From assembly GCA_002753465.1 (NCBI GenBank), contig PEAF01000002.1, positions 10,942 to 74,941 on the forward strand: a stretch of 64,000 nucleotides of DNA, given 5' to 3'. The translations under genes were made by a program, and so were the position numbers. Below the pieces are notes generated by a model. That model saw nothing but the letters and a program-made list of their open reading frames with translations. It had not been told where the DNA came from and searched no databases. Positions 1 through 11,155 of this stretch are shown piece after piece. How positions within the stretch are numbered: position 1 is the first letter of the stretch; each line of letters starts with the position of its first letter. This DNA is from Candidatus Omnitrophota bacterium (GTDB lineage Bacteria > Omnitrophota > Gorgyraeia > Zapsychrales > Fredricksoniimonadaceae).

Positions 1-39
1 CTGAGGAAACGATAGCGTTCCCTCTACCCAGGATATAAC

Positions 40-1002
40 ATGGATCTTTCTTTCCTTAACGAGATCAATATCAAGATCAACATCAACGCTTCCTTAAAGC
101 AATTCACTACGTTCAAACTTGGCGGCTTTTGCCCCGCATTGATCGAATGCCCTGACGCTGCCGTGCTACGAAGAGTTGTAATCCTATTACGTGAACGGAA
201 TATCCCCTTCATACTCATGGGATTTGGATCCAATATTCTAGCCTCAGACTACGGCATCAATAAGATCATGCTTCGCTTCAACAATGAAACTCCCTTAGTA
301 ACTCGTGAAGGTAATACTATTAACGTTGATGCGGCCACCCATTTAGACGCTCTGACTCAGTACGCAACAGAACAAGGCCTTGAGGGTTTGTCTCAGATTT
401 GCGGCATCCCGGGAACGGTCGGCGGGGCCATTGCCGGCAATGCCGGCGCTTATGGGCAGCAGGTCTCTGACCATTTAACCTCTGTCACGGTCCTTAAACC
501 TGACAACTCTGTTGTCAAGCTTCCAAGATCTGCCATTCGCTTTGACTACCGTGACTCTGATTTAAAACATAACGGCGACATCATTCTTTCTGCTGAGTTC
601 ACATTAAACCATATTAACGACACAACCAGCCTTAAAGCGGCACGTGAAGAAGTTCTTCGGACACGTCCGTGCAATATCAACTTATGGAGAGACATTCCCT
701 GTGCAGGATCTTTCTTCCGTAACGTAGACCCCACCTCCAAGGCCGGTCAACGACAATCGGCGGGATGGTTCCTGGATAATGCCGGATGTAAAGATCTTAA
801 TCTTAACGGGGCGCATGCGTACACAAAACATGCCAACATCATCACGCGTGATGACGGTGCAACAGCCCAGGCTGTTTACGATCTGACGATCAAAATGATT
901 GACATGGTCAAAGATAAATACGGGATAGTGCTGATACGTGAAGTAAGGCTGCTGGGGAAATTCAATAACGCTGCCGGATGTAACGCTGAAAACTACTGGT
1001 GA
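40..1002 (+). CDS. murB: UDP-N-acetylenolpyruvoylglucosamine reductase MurB
   Basis: 320 aa; N-terminal FAD-binding motif (FTTFKLGG...ILMGFGSNIL) and overall MurB-like architecture. Confidence 0.8.
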   Translation: MDLSFLNEINIKININASLKQFTTFKLGGFCPALIECPDAAVLRRVVILLRERNIPFILMGFGSNILASDYGINKIMLRFNNETPLVTREGNTINVDAATHLDALTQYATEQGLEGLSQICGIPGTVGGAIAGNAGAYGQQVSDHLTSVTVLKPDNSVVKLPRSAIRFDYRDSDLKHNGDIILSAEFTLNHINDTTSLKAAREEVLRTRPCNINLWRDIPCAGSFFRNVDPTSKAGQRQSAGWFLDNAGCKDLNLNGAHAYTKHANIITRDDGATAQAVYDLTIKMIDMVKDKYGIVLIREVRLLGKFNNAAGCNAENYW

Positions 1003-1458
1003 TCATTCCGTTGATACAGACTTCTCTTTATCCAAAGCCCCCTTCATGGTGTGCCAGGCGAGAATAGCGCATTTAACCCGACTTGGGTACTTCCAGATCC
1101 CTGAGAATACGGCAAGCTTTCCCAGAAGCTGCTGCGGCTGAGCTGCATCAGTTTCTTTCATCACAAGTTTTCTAAACTCTTCGAAAAGAAGCTTAGCCTC
1201 ATCAACCGTCTTTCCTTTAACGGCAGCCGTCATCATCGACGCTGAAGCTTTGGAAATAGCGCAACCATCGCCATAAAAAGACACCTCATTCACAACCCCT
1301 TCAGGCGTGATACGCAAATAAACGCTCAAATGATCGCCGCACAAAGGATTGTATCCTTCGGCTTCATGGGTGCACGGGCAAAGCTTAACAAAGTTCCGGG
1401 GATGCTTATTGTGCTCCAGAATAACTTGTTGGTAAAGTTCATCAGTATGTTCTGTCAT
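1003..1458 (-). CDS. sufU: Fe-S cluster assembly sulfur-acceptor/scaffold SufU (NifU-N/IscU-like)
   Basis: 151 aa; LYQQVILEHNKHPRN...NPLCGD...GDGCAISKASASMMT motifs; last gene of suf operon, start overlaps sufS stop (ATGA). Confidence 0.8.
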   Translation of the reverse strand: MTEHTDELYQQVILEHNKHPRNFVKLCPCTHEAEGYNPLCGDHLSVYLRITPEGVVNEVSFYGDGCAISKASASMMTAAVKGKTVDEAKLLFEEFRKLVMKETDAAQPQQLLGKLAVFSGIWKYPSRVKCAILAWHTMKGALDKEKSVSTE

Positions 1459-2678
1459 TTAAAAACCTCAATGATCTTGTGAAGCGCTTTCACAAAAATA
1501 TCCAATTCATCTTTGGTGTTATAAAAAGCCAACGACGCGCGTGCCGTAGCCGGAATATTGAAATGCTTCATTACAGGCTGTGTACAGTGATGTCCTGTGC
1601 GTATCGCCACCCCTTCCCGGTCGATGAGCGTTCCTATATCATGAGGGTGAATATCCTGAAGGATAAATGAAAAGATCGGGGCTTTATGCTTCGCTGTACC
1701 GATCATCCTTAACCCAGGAACAGTCTCAAGAAGCTTATGCCCATAGGCCAATAATTCATTCTTATAGGCAGACACACCCTCCCAGCCAACAGCTTTAACG
1801 TAGGAGATCGCATCGCCAAGAGCAATAACTCCGGCGATATTAGGCGTCCCCGCTTCAAACTTAAATGGCAACCGGTTAAAGATCGTTTTATCGAACGATA
1901 CGCTTAAGATCATATCGCCGCCACCCTGATAAGGTGGCATCGTCTCCAGTAACGCCTGTTTGCCGTACAGAACACCAACCCCCGTTGGACCATACAGCTT
2001 ATGGCCTGAGAACGCCAGAAAATCACAATCCCAATCCTGGACATCGATAGGTTCATGGGAAACACCCTGGGCTGCATCAACAAGAACAACCGCACCGGCG
2101 GCATGTGCCAAAGCAATAATTTCCTTAACCGGATTCACCGTACCCATTGAATTCGACACATGAACAATCGAAACCAGCCTTGTTCGGGATGTAAGCAGCT
2201 TGCGGTACTCATCCATCAAAAGTTCGCCCTGATCATTGAATGGTATAACTTTAATGACACATCCGGTCTCTTCACGCAACATCTGCCATGGGACAATATT
2301 CGAATGATGTTCCATTTCAGAGATGATCACTTCATCACCTGACTTAATGAACTTGCGGCCGTAACTATGCGCCACAAGGTTGATCGATTCGGTAGCACCT
2401 TTTGTAAAGATAATTTCAAAATTATCCCTGGCATTCAAAAAGCTCCGCACCTTTTCACGGCTGGACTCGTAGGCCGCCGTCGCTTCTTCACTAAGATAAT
2501 GCACCCCACGGTGAATATTAGCCGTGCGATGGCAATAATGCGCATGCGTGGATGAAATGACCTGACAGGGTTTAAATGTCGTGGCCGCATTATCAAAATA
2601 GATGAGCGGCTTTTCATCACGCCCACGGGTAGACAAATTAGGGAAATCTTTGCGGATCTTTTCAACGTCAAATGTCAT
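1455..2678 (-). CDS. sufS: cysteine desulfurase SufS (class V aminotransferase)
   Basis: 407 aa; PLP-lysine region SGHKLYGPTGVGVLYGK and C-terminal RTGHHCTQP; in suf operon. Confidence 0.85.
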   Translation of the reverse strand: MTFDVEKIRKDFPNLSTRGRDEKPLIYFDNAATTFKPCQVISSTHAHYCHRTANIHRGVHYLSEEATAAYESSREKVRSFLNARDNFEIIFTKGATESINLVAHSYGRKFIKSGDEVIISEMEHHSNIVPWQMLREETGCVIKVIPFNDQGELLMDEYRKLLTSRTRLVSIVHVSNSMGTVNPVKEIIALAHAAGAVVLVDAAQGVSHEPIDVQDWDCDFLAFSGHKLYGPTGVGVLYGKQALLETMPPYQGGGDMILSVSFDKTIFNRLPFKFEAGTPNIAGVIALGDAISYVKAVGWEGVSAYKNELLAYGHKLLETVPGLRMIGTAKHKAPIFSFILQDIHPHDIGTLIDREGVAIRTGHHCTQPVMKHFNIPATARASLAFYNTKDELDIFVKALHKIIEVFK

Positions 2679-3466
2679 AACATACCTCCAGCCTCAGCAC
2701 GCAACAGAGGATCATTGATCTTCAATAAAACGTCTTTTACAAATCCTTTGACCAGCATGCGCGCCGCCTCTTCACGGCCAATACCGCGTGTTTGGAAATA
2801 AAATAGTTGATCATCATCTAACTGGCCAATGGCTGCACCATGAGAACACTTTACATCGTCAGCAAAGATCTCCAGTTGAGGCTTAGTATCAACACGCCCT
2901 TCAGGACTTAAGATCAAATTCTTGTTCAATTGGTACGCATTAGTTAACTGAGCTTCACGCCGGACCATGATCTTCCCATGAAAGAATGAATGACCCCGGT
3001 CACGGACAACACTTTTATAAAGCTGGTCACTTTTTGTAGATGGGGCAACATGGTCTATTAAGGTAAGGCTGTGCGCCTCACAGGCATTCGACAGATCATG
3101 CAAACCATTCAATGAAACCTCAGCGCCTTCTCCCGCAAGAACAACACTTACATTATCTTTAAAAGAAATCGAACCTTTGGTCACCATAAATGCTGTCAGC
3201 GAGCTGTCTTTTGCCTGATGCACACTTAAAGATACTTCACGCTCAAGCGTTTGATCCAAAAGAAACGGCCGTAAAAGCTCAAGACGCGCCCCTTCTTCAA
3301 GGATCACCTCAAGGAACGAAGCTGACGAAATAATAACAGCGCTTACCCCGGGCTTAACACGGATCAAAGACTTACCATCAGCGTCGGTAATACGGATAAT
3401 CTCCGCACCCTTCCTGGATGAATCTATCTGCCAACAACGTTGAGGAACTGATGAACCTTCTGTCAT
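2675..3466 (-). CDS. sufD: Fe-S cluster assembly protein SufD (short form)
   Basis: 263 aa; C-terminal SufBD-fold motifs (CSHGAAIGQLDDDQLFYFQTRGI); between sufC and sufS. Confidence 0.7.
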   Translation of the reverse strand: MTEGSSVPQRCWQIDSSRKGAEIIRITDADGKSLIRVKPGVSAVIISSASFLEVILEEGARLELLRPFLLDQTLEREVSLSVHQAKDSSLTAFMVTKGSISFKDNVSVVLAGEGAEVSLNGLHDLSNACEAHSLTLIDHVAPSTKSDQLYKSVVRDRGHSFFHGKIMVRREAQLTNAYQLNKNLILSPEGRVDTKPQLEIFADDVKCSHGAAIGQLDDDQLFYFQTRGIGREEAARMLVKGFVKDVLLKINDPLLRAEAGGML

Positions 3467-3477
3467 TTTTATTCCGT

Positions 3478-4239
3478 TCAGGATTTGATCAACCAGTCAT
3501 ACCCTTGATCTTCAACCTTCAGCGCCAATTCAGGCCCACCGGTCTTAATGATCCGCCCTTGATAAAGCACGTGCACAATGTCCGGCTTAATGTAATTAAG
3601 AAGGCGCTGATAGTGCGTAATAACGATCATGGCATTACGTTTACTGCGCAGCAAATTAACGCCATGCGCAACGATCTTCATGGAATCAACATCAAGGCCG
3701 GAGTCAGTTTCATCTAAAACCGCCAAACGCGGGTTCAATACGGCCATTTGAAGGATCTCATTACGTTTCTTCTCCCCACCGGAGAAATCCACGTTAACAG
3801 CACGGTCAATATACTTGTCGTCCATTTCAAGGACCTTCATTTTTTCTCGGATAAAACCGTCAAAATCGATAGGGTCCATCTGTTCTAGGCCATGATGCCG
3901 ACAAACCGAATTATATGACGCTCTCAGAAATTCTGATGTTGGCACGCCAGGCAACTCAACTGGATACTGAAACGCCAGAAAAATACCCTCTCGCGCACGC
4001 TGATCAGGTTCCATGCCAAGGATATTGACCATTTGACCATTGATCTCGAAATCCACAAGGCCGCTATCGGCCACATACTGCGGATGCCCGGTAATAACCT
4101 TGGATAGCGTGCTTTTGCCGGAACCATTCGGCCCCATAATGGCATGGACTTGACCCGCCTTAACCGAAAGGTTCAATCCTTTAAGGATTTGATTGCCTTC
4201 AACGCTCGCGTATAAATCTTTGATATTCAACATAATCAT
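3478..4239 (-). CDS. sufC: Fe-S cluster assembly ATPase SufC
   Basis: 253 aa; Walker [13 protein letters not shown] signature FSGGEKKR, Walker [13 protein letters not shown]. Confidence 0.9.
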   Translation of the reverse strand: MIMLNIKDLYASVEGNQILKGLNLSVKAGQVHAIMGPNGSGKSTLSKVITGHPQYVADSGLVDFEINGQMVNILGMEPDQRAREGIFLAFQYPVELPGVPTSEFLRASYNSVCRHHGLEQMDPIDFDGFIREKMKVLEMDDKYIDRAVNVDFSGGEKKRNEILQMAVLNPRLAVLDETDSGLDVDSMKIVAHGVNLLRSKRNAMIVITHYQRLLNYIKPDIVHVLYQGRIIKTGGPELALKVEDQGYDWLIKS

Positions 4240-5651
4240 CCCACGCTGTTTTCTAGTTTCATTTCTAAAAGCCTTACCGCCTCGACTGCAAACTCTAAAG
4301 GGAGGGTCTTAAACACTTCCTTGCAAAAGCCATTAATGACCAGTGAGATAGCCTCTTCCTTATTTAAACCACGTGACTGCAAATAAAACACCTGCTCGGC
4401 ACTGATCTTTGACGTAGTCGCTTCATGCTCAAGCACCGCCGTGCTGTTCTTGATCTGGATATCAGGAAAAGTATTGGCGCTACAATTATTCCCCACCAAC
4501 ATGGAGTCGCACTGGGAAAAATTGCGCGCGTGGTCAGCTCCAGGTGAGATCTTGACCATCCCGCGGTAACTGTTATGCGAATAATCCGAAGAAATACCTT
4601 TTGAAATAATGGTGCTGCGTGTATGTTTGCCAATATGGATCATTTTAGTGCCTGTATCAGCATTCATCTTGTTGTTAGTTAAAGCAACTGAATAAAACTC
4701 CCCAACAGAATGATCACCTCTGAGGATACAGCTGGGATACTTCCAGGTAATAGCACTTCCTGCCTCAACCTGCGTCCAGGATATCTTGGAATGATGCCCT
4801 GCGCATAAGCCGCGCTTGGTCACAAAATTATAGATCCCGCCGCGCCCGTCCTTGTCACCCGCGTACCAATTCTGTACCGTCGAATACTTGATCTCGGCAT
4901 TATCAAGCGCTATCAGCTCAACGACAGCCGCATGCAATTGATTTTCATCACGTACCGGAGCGGTACAGCCTTCCAGATAACTTACATAAGAACCCGTGTC
5001 AGCGATAATAAGCGTCCGCTCGAACTGTCCGGTCTCTTTAGCGTTGATCCGGAAATAAGTCGACAATTCGACAGGACAGCGCACGCCAGGTGGAATATAA
5101 CAAAAAGAACCATCCGTAAAAACAGCTGAATTAAGCGCCGCAAAGAAATTATCTGTAGCCGGCACAACACTTCCCATATATTTCTTAACCAGCTCAGGAT
5201 GTTTTGCCAGTGCTTCTGATATGGGGCAAAAAATGATGCCGAGCTCCTCAAGCTCTTTTTGATGCGTGGTGCCCACAGAAACGCTATCGAACACAGCATC
5301 AACAGCAACCCCGGTCAGGCGCTTTTGCTCACTCAAGGGAATGCCTAATTTTTCAAATGTCTTAACAACCTCATGGTCCACTTCCTCAAGGCTCTTGGGT
5401 CCGTCAGTCTTCTTTTTAGGCGCAGCATAATAACGGATATCCTGATAGTCAATGGGTTCGTAATGAAAATTCGCCCAATGTGGCTCTTTCATCGTCAACC
5501 AATGACGATAAGCCTTAAGCCGCCAATCTAGCATAAAAGATGGTTCTGACTTCTTGTGTGAAATAACAGCAACGACCTCCTCATTCAATCCTTTGGGGAG
5601 CGTATCCATTTCAACTTCAGTCACAAAACCGTATTTATATTCCTGTTCCAT
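4236..5651 (-). CDS. sufB: Fe-S cluster assembly protein SufB
   Basis: 471 aa; typical SufB length and conserved C-terminal region; directly upstream of sufC. Confidence 0.85.
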   Translation of the reverse strand: MEQEYKYGFVTEVEMDTLPKGLNEEVVAVISHKKSEPSFMLDWRLKAYRHWLTMKEPHWANFHYEPIDYQDIRYYAAPKKKTDGPKSLEEVDHEVVKTFEKLGIPLSEQKRLTGVAVDAVFDSVSVGTTHQKELEELGIIFCPISEALAKHPELVKKYMGSVVPATDNFFAALNSAVFTDGSFCYIPPGVRCPVELSTYFRINAKETGQFERTLIIADTGSYVSYLEGCTAPVRDENQLHAAVVELIALDNAEIKYSTVQNWYAGDKDGRGGIYNFVTKRGLCAGHHSKISWTQVEAGSAITWKYPSCILRGDHSVGEFYSVALTNNKMNADTGTKMIHIGKHTRSTIISKGISSDYSHNSYRGMVKISPGADHARNFSQCDSMLVGNNCSANTFPDIQIKNSTAVLEHEATTSKISAEQVFYLQSRGLNKEEAISLVINGFCKEVFKTLPLEFAVEAVRLLEMKLENSVG

Positions 5652-5652
5652 A

Positions 5653-6054
5653 TCAACCGATCATTTCGCTGACCATAACATCGTTAAAAGCCTTAATGAC
5701 CTTGAGATTTAGTTTCGTCATAGCACCTTTTAAAACACAGTGTTCTGCCCTCTCACAGGAAACCTCATCCCCGACACAATCCGTAACAGCAAGCCCACCG
5801 ACAACCATCTGGCTTAAAGCGTAAACACTAAGGCGGTCAAGATCACCTTTTAAGCCATACCCGCCATGAACCCCCTGTTCGACCTTAAGAACGCCCTGCT
5901 GTGCCATTAACTGCAGGACTCTTGACGTTGGATCGAAAGGGATACTGAACTTAGTGCATATCTCTTTTGCCGTTACCTTATACTCAGGTTTCTGAGCGGA
6001 AATATGCTTTAACGCGATCAGCGCGTATTTAACTTTCTTATGGATCTTGAACAT
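5653..6054 (-). CDS. Rrf2-family transcriptional regulator (IscR/SufR-like, 3-Cys)
   Basis: Internal start [19 protein letters not shown] (wHTH) and Cys cluster [14 protein letters not shown]; immediately upstream of sufB; longer ORF-track start overlaps nfuA and is likely spurious. Confidence 0.65.
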   Translation of the reverse strand: MFKIHKKVKYALIALKHISAQKPEYKVTAKEICTKFSIPFDPTSRVLQLMAQQGVLKVEQGVHGGYGLKGDLDRLSVYALSQMVVGGLAVTDCVGDEVSCERAEHCVLKGAMTKLNLKVIKAFNDVMVSEMIG

Positions 6055-6055
6055 A

Positions 6056-6607
6056 CTAACCCAATTGCACCTGAATCCCGGGCCTGTATTGATCTTGCAG
6101 AATATTCTGGATCGCATACAACGTTCCCATGGCCGCATGCGGGCAGCAACCACAAGCACCTTGATAGCTAATCGTTAATACATCGCCTTCCAATGAGATC
6201 ACCTCAAGGTCACCGCCATCGCGCTGCAGGGCCGGACGGATAGTAGAATCTAAAATGGCATTTATCTTCGCAAGTTCGCCCGTTAGAGGAATAGTTCCCC
6301 CAACCTTATCAGCAGAAAGATCAAAATCGGGATTATGGTCTGCAATATGCATCTGTATAGCTGTTTTAATGAGGCCCTCAAGTTCATCCCAATTGCCAAT
6401 CCCCGACTGAGTTACGGTCAAGAACCTGCCAGAGAAATAAACCTCGCTCACCTGAGGGACATTAAGTATGGCGGCAGCCAAAGGAACACCTTTAGCAGCA
6501 TCTATTGTTTTAAAAACAGCACTGTCTGTTGATTTCAGAGGTACATTAAGTACAAACTTAAGCGCATTAGGGTTAGGCGTAGGCTGAACCGCAATTGAAT
6601 AATCCAT
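6056..6607 (-). CDS. NfuA-like Fe-S cluster carrier (Nfu_N + NifU C-terminal CxxC domain)
   Basis: Start at MDYSIAV with AAGGAG SD; Nfu N-domain plus C-terminal GACGCCPHA motif. Confidence 0.6.
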   Translation of the reverse strand: MDYSIAVQPTPNPNALKFVLNVPLKSTDSAVFKTIDAAKGVPLAAAILNVPQVSEVYFSGRFLTVTQSGIGNWDELEGLIKTAIQMHIADHNPDFDLSADKVGGTIPLTGELAKINAILDSTIRPALQRDGGDLEVISLEGDVLTISYQGACGCCPHAAMGTLYAIQNILQDQYRPGIQVQLG

Positions 6608-6712
6608 TCTCATCTCCTTTTTTAGTACATAAATAATAGCGTCAAATTGGAAATCGGTCAAATAATAACTTATATCTTAAATTTAGTCGAATGGCTCCAG
6701 GAAAACTTTCAA

Positions 6713-7930
6713 TCATCCCAGAATATATTTTTCGCAGACGAAATCAGCGAAGGGAAAGGCGCAGGTGAAAGCCGGTGAAACGGCATTAAGTACATGGACA
6801 GTAGAACGGTCGCCCTCAACTACAAAATCCTGTACTAAATGACGCGTGGTTTTGTCCAAAAGTTGGGCACGGATACCCGGACGTGTAAATTCACCGAAAC
6901 CTTCAGGGTCGATGGAAGGGATCATCCTGACGGCCAGATCAATAAAATAACGACGATTGTATTTTCTAATTTCATCAAAAGCCAGATCCCTGAAGCCGAA
7001 AGAATTCGACAAGAATAATCCGGCCTGATGGCTTACGATCTCAGCCATTTCACGCAGATCAAAACGATGGCCGATCGAATAATTCTCCCTCCAGAAAGCA
7101 GGAATAGCAGTAGGCCCTATCTTTATCGTACCATCAACTGTTTTTGTAAAGTGTACACCCAGGAAAGGATTCTTAAGATTAGGCACTGGGTAAACATTGA
7201 TTTTCACATCAGTTTTATTTTTCTTATACTTAAGGTATAACCCCTTAAAAGGGATCATGGTGTATTTCATGCCAAAACCACACGCTTGAGCAACTTGGTC
7301 TGCATAAAGACCGGCACAGTTGATTATCTTGCGTGCTTCAAAATCGCCGGCGCTTGTCTTGACCACCTGGCCATTACGGCCCAGGAACTTGGCCTCAAAC
7401 ACAAACTCAACCTGCACATTCATCAGATCATCCTTAAGAGCGACCAGTACATCCAAAGGGTCGAGACTTGCCGTATCAGGCGAAAAAAGCGCCTTCTTGT
7501 ACGTAAACACACCAGGTTCATATACCTTTGCTTCTTCTCTATCGATCAATCTCACGTGAGACCCGTTACGCTTCCCCCGCCGCTCCAACTCGTGCAACAT
7601 GGCCAATTCACCCTCATCCATGGCAACGACCAGTTTGCCACAAGCATTCACGGGTATATTCTTTAAGGCACAGTAATCCTTTAATGCCCCGGCACCCTGT
7701 ACAGTGAATCTCGCCTTTAAACTATCAGCGCTGTAATAAAAACCAGCATGCAGAATACCGCTGTTTCTGCCAGATGAATGGGCTCCAACATCCTCCTCTT
7801 TATCAAGGACCAAGATCAACGCACCAGGTTTCACAGTCCGCAAACTACGTGCAATACTGAGACCGATAACGCCCGCACCAATGATCACATAATCATAAAT
7901 CTTATTGGACATATATTGATTCCATGACAA
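6713..7930 (-). CDS. FAD-dependent oxidoreductase, L-2-hydroxyglutarate oxidase (LhgO)-like
   Basis: 405 aa; DYVIIGAGVIGLSIARSL dinucleotide-binding motif; colinear similarity to LhgO/DAO family. Confidence 0.65.
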   Translation of the reverse strand: MSWNQYMSNKIYDYVIIGAGVIGLSIARSLRTVKPGALILVLDKEEDVGAHSSGRNSGILHAGFYYSADSLKARFTVQGAGALKDYCALKNIPVNACGKLVVAMDEGELAMLHELERRGKRNGSHVRLIDREEAKVYEPGVFTYKKALFSPDTASLDPLDVLVALKDDLMNVQVEFVFEAKFLGRNGQVVKTSAGDFEARKIINCAGLYADQVAQACGFGMKYTMIPFKGLYLKYKKNKTDVKINVYPVPNLKNPFLGVHFTKTVDGTIKIGPTAIPAFWRENYSIGHRFDLREMAEIVSHQAGLFLSNSFGFRDLAFDEIRKYNRRYFIDLAVRMIPSIDPEGFGEFTRPGIRAQLLDKTTRHLVQDFVVEGDRSTVHVLNAVSPAFTCAFPFADFVCEKYILG

Positions 7931-7968
7931 GAAAAGGTATAATATTAAAAAATAAAGGAGTTATTCCT

Positions 7969-8310
7969 ATGAAAAAACTAACGATAAGTTTCCTGATCCT
8001 TGCCGCCGTAACAGCCATTTATTCAACCATTTCTACGACACAACTTGCTGCTGAAACTACAAACTTTTCTACAGTTTCTGCTTTTTCATTCAGCACGGGG
8101 CGCGTTGGGTTCTTTGACCGTAGTAATGGAAAATTGTATATATACGAAGGTGATCTTAAAACCTGTGTTTTCAGCGGACAAATAACAGAACTCGGCAAAC
8201 CACTGGAGCCGTTGTTAGCCTCTAACGCAACCACAAAACACACCGCAAAGTCCAACGCAACAACCACGATCAATGAAAAAGGCGAAAAAACCGTTACGCT
8301 TAAGAACTGA
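7969..8310 (+). CDS. hypothetical secreted protein (signal peptide)
   Basis: MKKLTISFLILAAVTAIYS signal peptide, AAAGGAG SD upstream; only plus-strand gene in the region. Confidence 0.45.
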   Translation: MKKLTISFLILAAVTAIYSTISTTQLAAETTNFSTVSAFSFSTGRVGFFDRSNGKLYIYEGDLKTCVFSGQITELGKPLEPLLASNATTKHTAKSNATTTINEKGEKTVTLKN

Positions 8311-8324
8311 TAGACAGCGGGCAA

Positions 8325-8909
8325 TCAAGCGTGATGTAATACAAAAAGACCTGAATCAGCGAATAGATCCGGTAGAACACTCACCTTTTTGCCGGCTGCT
8401 AAATAGCATGCCTTCTCGATAGAAATATTCTTCTCAGAACAAAACTCCCTGAAATCATCGAGACTCAAGAAACGAAGGTTAGGTGTGTTGTACCACTTAT
8501 AAGGCAAACTTTTCGTAACAGGCACTTTCCCCAGGAAAAAGATCTGGAGCCGCGCCCTAAAATGGCAGAAGTTAGGTATGCCTACGACAACCTTCTTACC
8601 GACACGCAAAGCGGCATTTAAAACCTTCTCGATATTTACAACCTGTTGAAGGCTTTCATTGAGGATCACGTAATCAAAACGCTTGTCCTCGTAAACATCA
8701 AGGTCTGAATCAATATTACCCTGAGCGACAGATACCCCGCGTTCAATGCATTTAAAAATCTGTTCCGCAGCTATCTCAATACCTGTAGCACGGCAGTTCT
8801 TTTTCATTTTAAGAAGAGAAAGAAGCTCGCCATCACCGCAACCCAGGTCGAGGACCTTGGCTCCAGGTTCAATGATATCGGCAATGATCTCATAATCCAG
8901 ACGGATCAT
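8325..8909 (-). CDS. metW: methionine biosynthesis protein MetW
   Basis: 194 aa; SAM-MTase-like motif VLDLGCGDGELL; overlaps metX stop. Confidence 0.8.
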   Translation of the reverse strand: MIRLDYEIIADIIEPGAKVLDLGCGDGELLSLLKMKKNCRATGIEIAAEQIFKCIERGVSVAQGNIDSDLDVYEDKRFDYVILNESLQQVVNIEKVLNAALRVGKKVVVGIPNFCHFRARLQIFFLGKVPVTKSLPYKWYNTPNLRFLSLDDFREFCSEKNISIEKACYLAAGKKVSVLPDLFADSGLFVLHHA

Positions 8910-10024
8910 ATTCTGCTCACCCTCTCACGTACAACTTTAGTTAAATAATTAGAGATCATTCGCGTTTGATCGTCAAATTCGACAAGAAAAGCATCATGTC
9001 CGTAATCAGTCTTTATCTCTAAATAAGACACATCAACATCATTCGCCTTAAGCGCGCGCACCATGGCCTGCGACTGTGATGAAGGATAGAGCCAGTCAGA
9101 AGTAAAGCTGATGACCAAAAGGTCTGCCGTCACACCCTTGAATACTTCTGAAAGCTTCTTCCCCTCGGAAAGATCGAAATAATCCATCGCCTTGGTCAGG
9201 TAAATATAGCTGTTAGCATCAAACCGCTCAACGAAACTTTGCCCCCGGTATTGAAGGTAACTTTCAACTTCAAAGTCCTTGGAGAAATCATACCCCAGCT
9301 TTTCTTTATCCTGAAGCTTACGACCAAACTTCTGCTCCATAGAAATCCAGCTCATATAGGTAATATGACCGATCATACGCGCCACAGCCAGCCCGCGCCC
9401 CGGCAGCGCTTTACCAAAGTAATCTCCACCCTGCCAATCAGGATCTGCCATAACAGCCTGGCGTCCAACTTCATGAAAAGCGATCTGCTGGGCTGTATGC
9501 CCGTGACATGCCGCGATAACGATCGATGAATGAACCATGTCAGGATACATAACCGCCCATGTTATCGCCTGCATCCCGCCCATAGAACCCCCAGCGACGC
9601 TCAAGAGCTTCCGAATGCCCAGATGATCGATCAACTTTTTCTGAAGCGCAACCATGTCCTGAATGGTAATAAGAGGGAAATGGAGGGCAAAAGGTTTCTG
9701 TGTTTTGAGGTCGATCGAACTTGGGCCGGTTGTGCCCTTGCAGCTGCCCAAAACATTTGAACAGATCATAAAATATTTATCCGTATCAAATGCCTTACCC
9801 GGACCGATCATATCATCCCACCACCCAGGCTTAGACGCACCTTCATGATAAAAAGCAGCGTGGGCGTCTCCCGTAAAAGCATGCAGGATCAATATAGCAT
9901 TGGATTTATCAGCATTGAGTTTACCGTAAGTCTCATAGACAACAGTGACCGGCGAAAGAGCTGCGCCGCTTTTTAATAAAAGCTGATCGGTGAATGTTAT
10001 CTGTTGTGGCGTTACGTATATCAT
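8906..10024 (-). CDS. metX: homoserine O-acetyltransferase MetX
   Basis: 372 aa alpha/beta hydrolase with GGSMGGMQ nucleophile elbow; followed by metW. Confidence 0.85.
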   Translation of the reverse strand: MIYVTPQQITFTDQLLLKSGAALSPVTVVYETYGKLNADKSNAILILHAFTGDAHAAFYHEGASKPGWWDDMIGPGKAFDTDKYFMICSNVLGSCKGTTGPSSIDLKTQKPFALHFPLITIQDMVALQKKLIDHLGIRKLLSVAGGSMGGMQAITWAVMYPDMVHSSIVIAACHGHTAQQIAFHEVGRQAVMADPDWQGGDYFGKALPGRGLAVARMIGHITYMSWISMEQKFGRKLQDKEKLGYDFSKDFEVESYLQYRGQSFVERFDANSYIYLTKAMDYFDLSEGKKLSEVFKGVTADLLVISFTSDWLYPSSQSQAMVRALKANDVDVSYLEIKTDYGHDAFLVEFDDQTRMISNYLTKVVRERVSRI

Positions 10025-10030
10025 ATCACC

Positions 10031-11071
10031 TTACTCACAGGCGGTCTTTCTTGACGACTGAGCCTCAGCATATTCAAACATGGCTTCCAAGGACTTTAAT
10101 GCTTTAATACGAACAGCATCCTCAATAACAACCCTGTCTGAAGCCTTTGGCGCTTTCAAAACACGCAAAATATCTTCAAGGGTATTGGACTTCATATATT
10201 TGCACAAAGCACAACTTCCCACAAGTTCCTTATCAGGAAATTCTGACTGCAATCTCGCTGACAAGCCGCATTCGGTCAGCATTAGGAACTGCTTCGATCT
10301 GGTCTTACGCATATAGTCAAGCATCTGCTCGGTGCCACCGACGAAGTCAGAATTGGCTACAACATCAGCATTACACTCCGGGTGACTGACGATCTTGGCC
10401 TGAGGATATTCAAGCCTCACTTTAAGGATGGCTTCCTCATTGTATTCTTCATGAACATAGCAAGTACCCTTGAAGAACTGAATATCTTTCCTTACCCCAC
10501 GCCGGGCCATCTCATTTTTGAGATTTATCCCCATGAACTTGTCGGGCAGGAAGTAGATCTTATCCGAAGGATACTTCTCGACGATGGCATAAACATTCGC
10601 TGAGGTTACACAAACATCACACTCAGCTTTGACCTCGGCCGTTGTATTGACATAGCAAATGAACGTGTACCCGGGAAACTGTTTTCTTAAATTACGCACA
10701 TCCTCAGCCGTAATAGCATCCGCCAGTGTACAACCCGATAGCCGTGCCGGCACCAGGACTTCTTTATCCGGATTAAGTATTTTAGCCGTCTCCCCCATGA
10801 AACGAACCGCCACAAAAACGATCGTCTTAGCCTTTGTATTAACGGCGTCTTTACTTAACTTGTAGGAATCACCTATAAAATCGGCAACACCGTAAACTAT
10901 CTCGGGGGAAACATATGAATGCACCAAAATCACTGCATCTTTTTCCTTCTTCAAGCGGTTGATCTCGTTGATCAAAGGCACCAGCTCTTCACACTTTCTG
11001 AGTGAATACTGGCAAACATTCCCGCCAATACGGACATTTTTTAATTTATTATATAAATCTTCTGCTGTCAT
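10031..11071 (-). CDS. nadA: quinolinate synthase NadA
   Basis: 346 aa; three-fold repeated NadA architecture, conserved cysteines, C-terminal TECGLS motif. Confidence 0.8.
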   Translation of the reverse strand: MTAEDLYNKLKNVRIGGNVCQYSLRKCEELVPLINEINRLKKEKDAVILVHSYVSPEIVYGVADFIGDSYKLSKDAVNTKAKTIVFVAVRFMGETAKILNPDKEVLVPARLSGCTLADAITAEDVRNLRKQFPGYTFICYVNTTAEVKAECDVCVTSANVYAIVEKYPSDKIYFLPDKFMGINLKNEMARRGVRKDIQFFKGTCYVHEEYNEEAILKVRLEYPQAKIVSHPECNADVVANSDFVGGTEQMLDYMRKTRSKQFLMLTECGLSARLQSEFPDKELVGSCALCKYMKSNTLEDILRVLKAPKASDRVVIEDAVRIKALKSLEAMFEYAEAQSSRKTACE

Positions 11072-11155
11072 AGGAGGCCCAGGAAACGAATGCTTAGTCG
11101 TATTTTCATTAAAAATATTGAGTTACTATATATTAAAACAAACGATTGTTCAAGA

